Positions 10,619-22,170 of a DNA stretch of 64,000 nt are shown piece after piece (position 1 is the first letter of the stretch; each line of letters opens with the position of its first letter). Source of the DNA: an uncultured virus (IMG/VR IMGVR_UViG_3300050134_000033) (taxonomy: Duplodnaviria > Heunggongvirae > Uroviricota > Caudoviricetes); the IMG/VR virus record IMGVR_UViG_3300050134_000033; one strand, written 5' to 3'. The notes beneath the pieces are model-generated. The model was given only the letters and a program-made list of their open reading frames with translations. It was not told the origin of the DNA and searched no databases. The translations under genes and the position numbers were made by a program.

Positions 10619-12327
10619 TACGCCCCCAACCCCGCCAACACGCTCAACACCCGCACCATCGCTATCGTGTCTTGTCCACAGTAGGTAAACAGGGCAGTAC
10701 GAAGCTGCAATCGCCCCTCAGGGGTCATGCTCTTGTCGTTCAGCAAGCGTTCCCACGCAGGTAGCACTTCAAGCCCACTACCAATAGCCAAGTCCGTGTA
10801 GTTCATCTCGGGCACCAACGCAGGCAGCACTTTCTTGATGGAGAAGCTTCCTCGAAACTCAGGGTGGTAGGTAGTGTCACGGACAACCTCGCACAAGTCC
10901 CAAGCTCGCGCCTTGAGCGCCCGCAGGCGCTCGGCGTACTGCGGATACTGCTTCGCTAAGGGCTCGTTCACATTGTTGAATTCGTACATCGAGTAGGTGA
11001 TGATGGTGCCCTCGGTGCCGACCGCAGCCAACAGCGCCTCAATGAACGGCACGCGGGGATCGGTTCCGTCCGCCTCGCCGAGGAACTCTTGATGTGTGAA
11101 CGTGCCATCCACATCCAAGCGGTCGTTAGATAGCTGCATCGCGATGGCATCCCACGGCTTGGTATTGGGACAATTCGGGAGGGCGTAAGCTACCGTCTCA
11201 TAGTCGAGAAAATTGAGCGGGTACGTCAGCTTATTTTGCCATTCGCTAAGCCTCGGCAAATCAGCTACAACGCCGCCGCTCTTGAGGGCCTTCTGCACGC
11301 GGTCAATCTTCTCTCGATATTGAAGGGCGAATTTGCTGCTGTCGATGTCACAGATCGAAGTGACCCCCTGTCCTCGCATCCCATCAATAGGAGCCCATTT
11401 GCCCGCACCGAGAATGTTAGGTATGTTGCTGATGTCGTCGAGCGGCAAGCCCTTGTGACAGTGCTCGCTGAATTCACATTCGTATGGCTTCGTGCATTGT
11501 CCGCCCACGGCAATCTCAGGAGCACTCGGCTGTCCGAGAATAACAAACAGCGGATTGAGTTGGGCAATCAACTGACTGTCGGGTAGTGGCGTAATCGGCA
11601 CGGGGATGAACAGTTCAGCGAAATTATACTTGCGGGTTCCATCGGCGTCCACCGCACCGTCCCATACATACCCTTCGCCCAGATGAGCGTAGGTGTCTGC
11701 CGCTACATACGTAGCTACATCGCCTGTGATCTCTGTGTTACACCCTTTACGGTTCAGGTGCATGATGGTCACGTCGGTCACGTTGACGCCGCATCGCCGC
11801 AGGACGAATGCCTGAAAACTAGCGTCCTCGATATGGTGCTTTTTCACTTTGGTGGATGCTTTGACCTCGCCAACGATGGCACCGACAGCGTAATCACCGT
11901 CCTCATCTACGGGAGTGTGCTGCACCGACCACCCGTCGCCTTTGCGGACGAGGATATCAACTCGAACGATCAATCCGTTATAGTAGAATGCAGCCTCGAA
12001 AATGATGCTAACCTTCGGATCGGCCATGGCAGCCTTAGTTGCCGCAACAGCCTCTTCCCGCTTGTAACTTGGGATATCGATGAGGATACCACCGGGGAAC
12101 GCCTCTTGAGCGGCTAGTCCAACTTGCGTGCCTTGTTCTTTGATACTCAGAGCGGTCTTGACGGCAAATTCAGGGTGATTTTTCTGTAACCACAGGCGTT
12201 TTTCACATTGGAGGCCCGCGATGAAAGAACTCTTGGAGATTTGGTGTGCCGAGGGATTGACGATATCCACCACGTTTAGGAGGGCTTCCAACTGAGCCGA
12301 TAGTTGAGCTACCTTTGCTGTACTCAT
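10618..12327 (-). CDS. DUF2779-domain nuclease (Cas4/RecB-like plus RNase H-like)
   Basis: ISKSSFIAGLQCEKRLWL, VDIL, EVKAST, FLDYET, GSFSIKKVLPAL and YCGQDT motifs. Confidence 0.85.
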   Translation of the reverse strand: MSTAKVAQLSAQLEALLNVVDIVNPSAHQISKSSFIAGLQCEKRLWLQKNHPEFAVKTALSIKEQGTQVGLAAQEAFPGGILIDIPSYKREEAVAATKAAMADPKVSIIFEAAFYYNGLIVRVDILVRKGDGWSVQHTPVDEDGDYAVGAIVGEVKASTKVKKHHIEDASFQAFVLRRCGVNVTDVTIMHLNRKGCNTEITGDVATYVAADTYAHLGEGYVWDGAVDADGTRKYNFAELFIPVPITPLPDSQLIAQLNPLFVILGQPSAPEIAVGGQCTKPYECEFSEHCHKGLPLDDISNIPNILGAGKWAPIDGMRGQGVTSICDIDSSKFALQYREKIDRVQKALKSGGVVADLPRLSEWQNKLTYPLNFLDYETVAYALPNCPNTKPWDAIAMQLSNDRLDVDGTFTHQEFLGEADGTDPRVPFIEALLAAVGTEGTIITYSMYEFNNVNEPLAKQYPQYAERLRALKARAWDLCEVVRDTTYHPEFRGSFSIKKVLPALVPEMNYTDLAIGSGLEVLPAWERLLNDKSMTPEGRLQLRTALFTYCGQDTIAMVRVLSVLAGLGA

Positions 12328-12333
12328 ACCCCT

Positions 12334-12365
12334 ATTATACCCAAAAATGAGGACAAATCGATAGG
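12334..12365 (-). promoter_or_regulatory. Recurrent phage promoter (DUF2779)
   Basis: CCTATC-N20-TATAAT-N6-ATG. Confidence 0.75.
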
Positions 12366-12391
12366 ATTTTTGGGGTTTATTGGGTTTATTT

Positions 12392-12751
12392 TCAAAGACT
12401 TAACCCTCGTCTATTTACTTCTATGAGCAACTGTTCATTGGTTGCTGACCGTAATGTGGGGGTGGGTCTTCTCGGTCGTTTATTTTTAACCTGTTCTTCC
12501 CATGTAGCCCATCGAACATTGCCTGCCTCATAGTGACCGTCATTATTTGGAAAGCGGTCAATGGTGTGTTTCGGGCTGGGGCGAGGACCCATCACTTTGA
12601 AAAATTCGTAGAAAGATGCAAATCGAAACTCGATGCCTCGTTCAGCGTAATATTCAGCTTTGACCCAATCGGGCTGGCATCGTCTCTTCGCCACTTTGTA
12701 GCAATCGTATTCGGTTCGATGTACGACTGTGGGGGCACGTTTCGGTCGCAT
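12392..12751 (-). CDS. HNH endonuclease
   Basis: YYAERGI...F...MGPRPS..HTIDR..NNDGHYEAGNVRWAT. Confidence 0.85.
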   Translation of the reverse strand: MRPKRAPTVVHRTEYDCYKVAKRRCQPDWVKAEYYAERGIEFRFASFYEFFKVMGPRPSPKHTIDRFPNNDGHYEAGNVRWATWEEQVKNKRPRRPTPTLRSATNEQLLIEVNRRGLSL

Positions 12752-12777
12752 TGGTCTATTTTATCACAGAAATAGAG

Positions 12778-12809
12778 AACGGGAGTCGCTGGCAATAGCG
12801 ACTCCCGTT
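12778..12809. terminator. 13-bp hairpin, probable terminator
   Basis: AACGGGAGTCGCT-N6-AGCGACTCCCGTT with a pyrimidine tail on the minus strand. Confidence 0.5.
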
Positions 12810-13664
12810 AAGGGGTGATTCCGTTTAGATGCAACCGCCTATTAAGGGCGGGGAGAGAAGCTCACGACAGAATCGAGTCCCCTATCTTAGAGAACGTTAG
12901 TCCTGATCCTCGTCCTCTTCAATGCCGTACCCATACGGGTCCTCGTAGGCATCTTCGGCTTCGCCGCCGTCGAAGTCTTCCTCGCGGAAGGTCTCCTCGG
13001 CACCCGCCGCCACACCGCGAGCTTTCGCACCCGTGGGGTAAGAGACCATGTTGCAGCCCCCTACCTTGGTGCCCTTCAACAGGATGAAGGCCGCGAGGTT
13101 ATCCGCCGCTCGCCAGAATTTATACTGGTCGGTGTGGCAGTAATGGGTGCAGTTCGGGCGGCTACACAAACCGCATTCGGTGTCGGTCTCCGCGTAGAAA
13201 CATTCTCGGGAGAGGGTGGAGTCTATCTGCTGTTCGTAGGTGATCTCGCTCATACTCAGATTATAGCACGGGGGAGATGGGAGGGGAAGTGAGAGTGGCG
13301 ATGTCTTCCAAGACCATCTCCATCCAACGTTCTTGCGTGCCTTTGTAACCAGCAGCCTTAGCCCGGACGAACGACGGTCCAATCATGCCCTTGCAGACCA
13401 TCTTGTGCGGCAGGCGTAGCATCTGTCCGCCGACCATACGCAAACGTGGGAGATCGGGATTCTTGGGGTCGGTGTTCGCCTTGATGAGCTTGTCGAAGAC
13501 TCCGCGAGTCTCGTCGATGAGCTTACAGATTTCCATGATGTTGCCGAGGTTCGGCTCGTAGTTCGGCGGAAGCTCAGGCATGACGATGGGTGCCCCGCAG
13601 TCGATGCACTTATCATCCTCGTCGGGGATCAAATGTGGGCAGTCTTTGTCCATGGAAATCCTCC

Positions 13665-14102
13665 CTATTCTAGGGGAGCAAAGTTCCGAACTTCGCCTTG
13701 TTCTACCCGCTTGATCCAGTTGTGATTCGCGCATAGTAATTGGTAGCTCTTACCGCCGTCTTTGAGAACTTTTCTCAGAAGCCCCGTGCCCATTATGCCG
13801 TTGGCTCTTTCCTTGTTTCCATCTCCGTTTTTATGGTCAATCTGTAAGGCTCGGGAGTCGATCCAATCACACCCTAACCATGCACATTTTCCACCTAATA
13901 AAGCAAAAACCTCAGCCTTTAATTTCGCACGCCACGATCTTTTGTAGGCTCGATTTTCTTCTCTATTTCCCTCACGGCGGGCCGTAGCCCGAGCTTTAAC
14001 AGCTTCTTTATTTCGTTCGTAGTATCGACTATTCGCTGCGATACACGCCGAACATCGATTCTTGCCTTCCTGTGCGGGACGAGTGCATTGAGCGCATTTC
14101 AT
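13665..14102 (-). CDS. HNH-family endonuclease
   Basis: LGGKC...C...LQIDH.NGDG...YQLLCANHN. Confidence 0.75.
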   Translation of the reverse strand: MKCAQCTRPAQEGKNRCSACIAANSRYYERNKEAVKARATARREGNREENRAYKRSWRAKLKAEVFALLGGKCAWLGCDWIDSRALQIDHKNGDGNKERANGIMGTGLLRKVLKDGGKSYQLLCANHNWIKRVEQGEVRNFAPLE

Positions 14103-14765
14103 GGAAACCCCCTAAATGAGTGTTTCCATAGTCCCTAAACGACTGCATTTTTCTTGGCCTCTCGGTGGGCTTTGGTCTGCCCAACGATGAATTCGCTGAT
14201 CTCGCCCATGCAAACTTCCTCGAATCGAGTACCTGCGGCGGGTGAGAAATCGTACTTACGCCACGCCCCGTACCAGCGGACTTCGCCCAGCTTGAACTCG
14301 ATCCAATCGTCTTTCAGGGTCCAGACCTCGAAGACGTGGGTCTTCATACCCTTTGGGATGCCTTGATCGACGAAAACGATGTACGACCCACGGGCGACTT
14401 CGATGCCGTTCGGTATCTGCTTCTCACCGGGGAAGTGGGCGGCGGAATAGGCGATCTCGATTTTGTTGGGGTAGGTGGTGTTCAGCATACGGGGACATCC
14501 TCAATGGAAAGTACGGCGCTGGTGATGATCGCACGCCCATCCGCTTTTTCGTGGTAAGGCGAGCACATCATTGCGAGGGACTTGCCTATCTCCAGAGGAC
14601 TGATGTCGATGAACTGACCGCCATCGGAGCGAAGCTCGCCCGAATCCTCGCCTGCCTTGTAACGCTCCCACGTCTGGTTATCGTAGTCGATGAGGTATCG
14701 GCTGCCAGTCGCGGTGTGGACAATTTTCTTCACGAGGCTATCATACCACATTCCGTCGTAACCGT

Positions 14766-16379
14766 CTATCGCGACGGCTCGTCTGGGTCTATCGGGTCGA
14801 TGTAACCCTCGTCGATCTCGGGATTGTCCCAACTGATCTTGCGGTTGGGGTCGATGATGTCCTCGGGACGCATGTTGAGCGGGTCGCCAGTCGGAGCGGG
14901 ATTAAAATCCCCTTCATGGGTCGCCCCGGTCTTCTTGTCGAAGAATCCTGTCGCCTGAACATCCTGCATGAACTTGGTGTAGCCCTCTTCGCTCAGCGGG
15001 AAATCTGGTGCCGAGAAAATGGGAGCCAAGATGTCAATGACCTGCTTGGGGATGACGCAAGCCACGCAATTCGGGTTTTTGCAGAGCCCGTCGTCGCCTA
15101 CATTGTCCAGACCCTCAGCCGCGAGAGAACTTGCTGCCAGAATGCCCGTAACGTGCCCCTGATCGTGCATGGTGCGCTTCTCAGCTTCGGCGTAGATCAG
15201 GAACAGCCCTTGCTTGAGCGGGTTCTTAATGATAGCTTCAACTAGATTCGCGTGCTCGTCTTGCGGTACTTCGACGCCGGGATCGGTGTAGCGATTGATG
15301 CACTCGGCCTTGCCCGTCTTGAGATCGGAGATAACCTGCTTCGATTGCTCGGAGGCACGGGAAACCTGATCCGCCAGCCGCACGTCGTATGGATCGCGGA
15401 GAACCTGAGAAACGTAGTTGCTGAGGTTGGCTACCAACAGCGGCTTGTCGCTCGGCCAGTTCGACTGATAGATCATGCGGAGAAGCGTGTCCATCTCGCC
15501 ATCGGTGAGCAGCGGCTCATGGCTGGGGTACTTCTCAGCCAGCCTGTCCAGATAGCCGTCGAAACCAAGCTGCTTCAGAATCTTTGCAGCCGTAGCCCGC
15601 AGCGTTGCCCGGTAGGTCAGAGCCTTTTCCAGCAGGTCCACTTCCATGAACACCTGCGGCGGCACATCCAGAAGGTCGGGATTGTTGTTTTGCTCGATGA
15701 TGTCGCCCGTATCCAGCAGCGTCCATTCGTCCACCAGCGGGGTCTCCGCGTAATCGTCGATCATGCCGAGGAGATCGGACTTCATGAGATCAAACAGGCG
15801 GGTAGCGATGTAGTTCGGCTTGCCTTCGCGGGTGAAGTAGTTGGGGCATTCCTGCTTGACCAACGCCCAGACTTCTTCCTTCGACCAGTCCTTGACGCTC
15901 TTGGGATTCTCTTTCGCATTGCCGTCGCAGATGCACAGAAGGTCGGCGTTCGGCTTAGCCTGCGTCGGCGTGTGAATGCGTTCGAGCCACTTGCGGATGG
16001 GGCACTTCAGATTAGGGTGCACCAGCACATTGTGAAAGTGGCGTCCTTCGCCGAGGATTTCCGCGTACTGCTCAAGGTCGGCGACCGTGGAACTGAACGT
16101 GCCGTCCGAGGAAATGTACTGCTTGCCCACGCGGGCATCACCTCCGAACATGCTCTTGCGGTTGATGATGAACGTGTTCTCGATCTTGTTGAAACGTGGG
16201 TCGTGGATCATGTTCCACGTTGGCCCAATGGTCTCCACGTAGCCCTTCGGCCCGAAAACCAGTTGGTCGATGATCTGACAATATTCGAATTCTTCGCGGT
16301 CTACTTCACCCTCTTCGATCTTGTAGATGCGCTTGCCCTCATCGAGCATTCCCAGAATGTTTCTGATCCTGTCTGCCAT
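14766..16379 (-). CDS. Large hypothetical protein
   Basis: 537-aa ORF packed between neighbouring genes. No family recognised. Confidence 0.75.
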   Translation of the reverse strand: MADRIRNILGMLDEGKRIYKIEEGEVDREEFEYCQIIDQLVFGPKGYVETIGPTWNMIHDPRFNKIENTFIINRKSMFGGDARVGKQYISSDGTFSSTVADLEQYAEILGEGRHFHNVLVHPNLKCPIRKWLERIHTPTQAKPNADLLCICDGNAKENPKSVKDWSKEEVWALVKQECPNYFTREGKPNYIATRLFDLMKSDLLGMIDDYAETPLVDEWTLLDTGDIIEQNNNPDLLDVPPQVFMEVDLLEKALTYRATLRATAAKILKQLGFDGYLDRLAEKYPSHEPLLTDGEMDTLLRMIYQSNWPSDKPLLVANLSNYVSQVLRDPYDVRLADQVSRASEQSKQVISDLKTGKAECINRYTDPGVEVPQDEHANLVEAIIKNPLKQGLFLIYAEAEKRTMHDQGHVTGILAASSLAAEGLDNVGDDGLCKNPNCVACVIPKQVIDILAPIFSAPDFPLSEEGYTKFMQDVQATGFFDKKTGATHEGDFNPAPTGDPLNMRPEDIIDPNRKISWDNPEIDEGYIDPIDPDEPSR

Positions 16380-16380
16380 T

Positions 16381-17414
16381 TTATGCTTCCTCTTTCACTT
16401 TAATACTGGCTTCCCATGTTCTTTTCGCAAGTCCATCGAGATAATCACGCAGTTCGATTCGCGTCCGCCAGTATTCGGCAATCCATCGTTGCCCACCCGA
16501 GCCCCCATGATGGTGCCCGCTATGGCGGTGGTAGTGTCGCAGTCGCCCGTGTTATTCACGCAGTTCAGAACCACATTGCGGTAGGTGTCATATCGTGCGT
16601 TAAAGAACACGGCTGCGGCTACCGCTGGGATGACGGCGAAGTCGTCCCCATTCCACTTATTAAAGGCTCCGATATTGACCCTTTTCCCATTTCCAAAGCA
16701 AAAAGCGGCCGCAATATGCCCGATAGCGTACCACGGGTTCTGGTCGGCTTCCCCGGGTCCGAGGCGTACTTGCTGGGGATAATGGGCTACCACGGTCATG
16801 TCGTCGAACTCGGAGGCGAGCTTCAGCGCACACCCCATGGCGGTTGAAAATTCGATTCCCTTTATGCTCGCGGCGACCAGATAGCTGACAATGCCCGCTC
16901 CAAGGATGGGCTCCAGATTGTAATGGGTGTTTACGGCGGTCAGGCAGCCGATCCTGAAGGCGTAGTCAGGCATTTGCCAATAGTAGGCTCCCACGACGCC
17001 GGAACGCATCGCTGTGCCGTCTCCCTTGGCTTGTAAGCCCCCTGATTCGAGCCAAGGCACCCCAGCCCCCAATTTGCGGACTCCAGCCATGCAGGAGCCT
17101 CCGGGAGCCCTGTGCGAGCCCCCTAGCGGGGTATCCCGCCAGACCACGAAGTTCTGGCTGACAGCCTCCATGAACCGACTTTCGTCGATGTGCGGGGGAT
17201 TGGAGAGCAGGGCTTCGCCGATACAGCAGAACATCTGGGTATCGTCGGTGAACGTGTTGTTGGGAAGCAGGTCTTCGATCACCAGAGGTGACCAGACCTT
17301 GACGCCGAGGTCGTTCATCACCAATTTGGAGTTAGCGAACTCCCGAGGATGTCCCAGCGCATCGCCTATTGCCTCTCCGAAGATTGCGCCGTAAACTTTG
17401 TCTTGTTGGGTCAA
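16381..17414 (-). CDS. ADP-ribosylglycohydrolase (DraG/ARH family), frameshifted near the C-terminus
   Basis: GEAIGDALG, FTDDTQM, GDGTAMR and GDCDTT..IAG motifs. The family-like tail continues in another frame after about 16478. Confidence 0.88.
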
Positions 17415-17500
17415 ATTTCACCGCTACCGAGATCACTTAATAGAGCAACACAAGGGGGTAAGCCCCCATACAACTTAATACTCCCCAAGGAGGACTTTGC

Positions 17501-17575
17501 ATGAACATCGCGTTCTTTGGATCAACCACCGTGACAACCACAGGAGGTTGTCGGCAAACAAAAGTCCAACCATAA
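17501..17575 (+). CDS. Candidate 24-aa Thr-rich small peptide
   Basis: Strong SD AAGGAGG before the ATG. Peptide MNIAFFGSTTVTTTGGCRQTKVQP, followed by a terminator. Confidence 0.4.
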   Translation: MNIAFFGSTTVTTTGGCRQTKVQP

Positions 17576-17599
17576 GGGGAGGTGATCTAGAATCTACGC

Positions 17600-17626
17600 A
17601 AAGCCCACCTGAGATGGTGGGCTTTT
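17600..17626. terminator. Bidirectional intrinsic terminator
   Basis: AAAGCCCACC-TGAGAT-GGTGGGCTTTT. Confidence 0.7.
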
Positions 17627-19483
17627 GTGTTTGTAGATTAGCTGATCTGGAGTGTGGAGGGAACTTCTTCTACCTTCGATACCGCACGGTCGCTCAGTTT
17701 CGATTTCTTGGTGAATTTCTTCAGGGCGGACTTTGCGTCTGCCGCAAAGATTACCGCGTGTTTTGGGCTGTACTGGCCTGGGGCGTCGTATGATACTTGC
17801 CAAGCTCTCATGATTGTCTCCTACAGATTTCCCAGCCGTTCCACTTCCAGATAGATCATACGCGCACAGTCAGCGGTGTGAGTACCACCTTCGTAGCATT
17901 TTTGACCGCAAGCTGGGATTGTGGTAACGAATTCTTCGGGGGTGATGGTGCAGCCGTCGTCATCGAAAACGACGGATTTTTTCGATTTGGGCGTGAGTTG
18001 GTGATACATTGCCTGCATGGATTCGAGAGTGATGTCTCCCGCACCCGACACAGGCTCGGGCATATAGAATATGCCGACCTCGGCTTCTCGTTCTCGAAGA
18101 TCGGCTTCTCTGGCGTCCAGTTCGGCAGTCTCTTTCTTGAGACCCCGCTCCCAGAGTGTGAGAGCCCGCTCGTAGCGTTGTAGTTCGTCTTGCGTCAATG
18201 GTTTCTCTGTACGTTTCATGTCTTTAGACCATGCGTCTCGGTCTAAAGGATAATACTGAGTTTTGGAGATTATCTACGGTTATAACTTTTCCACCAGCCA
18301 TCGGGTGCTGACGGGATCGTCTTGACGGCGGGCGGGGGTTCGTTAGAGACCATCACCGCAACACCCCCAAGCATAACCGTGAAGAACGCGGTCAGGAGGA
18401 TGATGCAGAAAAGGGTGAATGCCCGCGCACCGATGCGGTATATCTTGATCGGCTGCTTACGCTCTTGCCGCCAGCCGATGACACCTATGCAGCCAAAGGC
18501 GATCCACATCAGCACGATCATGCCGCAAAGAACCTCGAATTGAGATACGGGAGGAGTCATTATTCCCTCAGTTTCACAATGGCTCGGTCACCAGAGCAGA
18601 ATGTAGCGATCTTCATGAGGTTGCCATCTGGACCGGGAATCATCCGCTGCGGGCCGTAGCAGTAGATCGCATGACCGTCGTCCGCCATGTACCACTTGCC
18701 GCCCTTATGATTTTTTTGAATGGTACTCACCAGTTCTTTTTGTGGAAGAGGTGGGCGAGGTGAAGGAATGTCGGCGTGAGCCTTGCAAGCGTGCAAGACC
18801 AGAAGGATGATGCCCGTAATGACGACGAGACGTAGGATGGTGATTTTCATCAGTACCCCAATGACGACCGAATGTCGTCTTGAAATTTGGCTTCGACTGG
18901 ATCAACTTCTCGCGGGGTCAAATCCGCCTTTACTGCCTCGACAATTCGACGCAGGTATTTTTCCGTCGTCTTCGTCTGCTTCGGGCGTGAGAGTTTGTTG
19001 GTCAGGTAGTCCACGCCTGCGGTACTGACGAACTGGCGAATCGTGTTGCCGCCCATCGCGTCGAAGTAGGCTGTCCACGCTTCACCGAAGCACTCGACTA
19101 CCACGCGACCTTGACCCGGGTTGAAATCTTGAAAGAACACTGTGATAGCGTCCAACGTCGGATTACCGTCAACCACATGAACCGATACCGTGCCTGCCGT
19201 CATACTGTCACCAGTTTTTCTCCGTATGCCTTGATGATGAAGGCATCGCGGGTTATCAGACCAAAGAAACAATCTACGATGTCCACAGCCGACCACATGC
19301 TCATCGTCGGGTGAACGCACTGCTCGGTGATTGTCTCCTCACCTTTCTTAGCCTCGACCCTGACCACCAAGTTGCCCCAGCGGCCGTCGCCCACGGATGC
19401 CTTTACCACCACGTCATTGTAGCCAGCCTGAATGAGCTTACTGGCTAACTCGGTTTGAACGAAAGCGAGGACTTGTTCCCTGC

Positions 19484-20230
19484 TCATTTGATCGTCACCG
19501 TCTTCTCAAAGTGTGCCGCGATACCGCCGCCGATGATCTGGAGTGTCCAGCCATCCGCCGCCGTCTTGACGAACCCTCGCTTGGAAGCGAACATAGGCTC
19601 GATGGCGATACGCATTCCCGACGTGAGTTTCACGGGCTCATCCACGGGAGTCTCGCCGTCTTCCTTGTACAGCATCTCATTCGCGATGTGCGGCTCCATG
19701 TGAAGCTCGGTGCCGATACCGTGCCCACCGTAGCCATGAACCACCGCGAAACCATCCCGCTTGGCAACCGCTTCGATTGCCTTGGTGATGTCGTGGTTCG
19801 TCTTGCCAGCCTTTGCCTGCTTGATGCCAGCTTCGAGAGCTTCCTTGGTGCTCTTGACCAGTTTGCGGGCGGTAGCGGAGCAGTCACCTACCAGCACCGT
19901 CGTCGCCCCGTCGTCGTACTGACCATCGGGCATCTTGATGCCGCAATCCAGCTTGACCACATCGCCGTCTTGGAGGATTTTGTCATCGGAGGGAATGCCG
20001 TGGATCACTTCGCCGTTGATGCTGACGCACATCACGGCTGGGTAGCCGCCCAGACCGGCCTTACCTGTGGGCGTGAAGCCAAGGAACGCGGGCTCGCACT
20101 TGTGGATACGGATGAGGTCGGCAGCCATCTTGTCCAGATAGCTAGTCGGCATACCGCCTTGACGAGCGTAATCCGCTACGATGGCGATGATCTTTTCGAG
20201 TGTAGTTAGGTTGGAATCAAGCTCTAGCAT
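19484..20230 (-). CDS. map: Methionine aminopeptidase type I
   Basis: CVSINGEVIHGIP, GDVVKLD, DGAT, GHGIG..LHMEP, IEPM and AAHFE motifs. Confidence 0.92.
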   Translation of the reverse strand: MLELDSNLTTLEKIIAIVADYARQGGMPTSYLDKMAADLIRIHKCEPAFLGFTPTGKAGLGGYPAVMCVSINGEVIHGIPSDDKILQDGDVVKLDCGIKMPDGQYDDGATTVLVGDCSATARKLVKSTKEALEAGIKQAKAGKTNHDITKAIEAVAKRDGFAVVHGYGGHGIGTELHMEPHIANEMLYKEDGETPVDEPVKLTSGMRIAIEPMFASKRGFVKTAADGWTLQIIGGGIAAHFEKTVTIK

Positions 20231-22123
20231 TTAGTTCCCCCATCAATCGTTTGTTTTGCACCCGCTGAATCCCCGCAACCACCCTGTCAAACCCAAAACG
20301 CCCGACCATGCGACAGAGGAACATGTCGAGTGTTGGCTGATTATACCCCCGCCGTCGCATCTCGTCCACACCACGCTTAATCTCGTCCGCTTCGATGTAC
20401 CCGAGACGGGGTTCGAGAGAAGATTCGATGGCGGCATGGATGGCGGCTTCCACTAGAACGGCACCCACATGTTGCAACGAGAGCACTTGGTGTTAGCCGT
20501 CTCGCTGCTGTCGTAATGATACTCGCGTTCGTACTCCACAAAGGTGTGTCCACCAGATATCCAACAGAAGTATGACTTGAGCCCACCATTGCAGAGGCGG
20601 TCAAGAATGCCATACGGCCATGAGCCGCCGCAGCTTGCTTTGCGGGGGTCCTCAGTCTGGAGCAGAGCGAGAGTGTACGGTCCACAGGGACCTTTTTCGC
20701 GGGCAATGAAAAACGGATTCGGTGCTGGTGATGTCATGATTGTTCCCATTCGTGGTTGCAATACTGATTGCCGCACAGATGTTTGCCCGTGTGACTCGGC
20801 AGGCGGACACAGGTGTGCTGGTGTCGATTGACGGTCGTCTTGCTGAACTCGCCAAAGAACGAGCCATCACCGCCGTTCGCCAAGCATTGAGGTTGATCGT
20901 ATTCTTGTGGCGTGCTGTAATAGCAACCGTTCTCGCTCTGATAGACGCCCATTAAAGTCCCTTCACAGTGCACGTCTCTTCATGTGTATCACGGCACTTG
21001 GTCTTGTTGCAAACATGCACCGTGTTGCCAGTGTCGATAGCACAGTCCGAGCAAGCCCACTCCGTATACCGTCCGCACACAACGCACGCATCACCCCACT
21101 TGTGCCACGTCCCATCGGGGTACTTGATGCCCCACGAACCGTCCTCTTTGTGCGTCTTGACGAACGCCAGCGCCTCTTCCAGCGTGGGAAAAGTCTCGTC
21201 GGGATGCTCGCCGCCGCCCTGACCTTGCGTTCCATAGACTTCGTAGCTCATGGTCTCACTTTTTCACAATACAGAATACGATCCAACTGACCAGAGCGAC
21301 GATGTAAATGCCGAACTGGACGTTTGGTTCGCGTAGTTTGAACCGCAAGTCTTCGAAGCTCATATCACATCCACGTTTCCGCCGACTGAGACTGAGCGCG
21401 AACCGCGTGCTCGGATGTCGGCAAAGAATTTCCTGATGTTCCTCTCGCGGCAGTACCCCAGAAAGTATTGCGCTGTCCCGAGAAGAACTATCGTCAGTGA
21501 CCCGCCCACGATTTGGACGAGTCGCCCATTATGGGTTCTCGCGACCAGACCGACATACGGGCCGCAGATTAGCAGGGTGAACGGGATGACGCTTTGCAGC
21601 GGGATCAGGATAGCGTACTTTAACTTGAGATTCATTTTTCCTCTGGGATTCTCATTACCAGCCTCCGCGTATTCCAAAACGGGCAGATTTTAATTTTCGA
21701 CGACATTGGGCTCCGTCCTGATCTCTTCTCCCGAACCATTCTGATACAACTGTGAGGCGAGAGTTGCAAATCGTTCCAAGGCGATCTCAAGTTCGGGGAG
21801 AGCTATTGTGGGGTTGGGGTACTCCCCGAGGTATTGCTTCTGGTTGTCGCGGAGCCAAATAAGGACATCTAAAGCGGGAAATTTATCGGGCATGAGGCAG
21901 AAGATGGCTTTGACGCCGAAGGTTGCAGCGTAGCTCAGTCCGGGCATCCATGGACCGTTGGTTGCGCGACGATCTTTCAGGATGGATTGGTAGAAGTCCC
22001 GCAATCGATCTTCACGGGCTGTGAAGTAGTAGTACGTGTTGTTCTCGGAGTTGAGAACTCGGACATCGACCACGTTGGGCTCGCGTTCGCGCATACCTCA
22101 TAATACCAAAGAAACTCGAAAAG

Positions 22124-22154
22124 AAAAAGCCCCGATTTTAGGTCGGGGCTTTTT
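22124..22154. terminator. Bidirectional intrinsic terminator
   Basis: AAAAAGCCCCGA-loop-TCGGGGCTTTTT. Confidence 0.85.
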
Positions 22155-22170
22155 CTGACCGCCTCAGAAA

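Noticed and set aside
15252..16403. Long plus-strand ORFs (also 19511, 52312, 57334)
   Set aside because: They are antisense shadows of clear minus-strand genes in GC-rich DNA.
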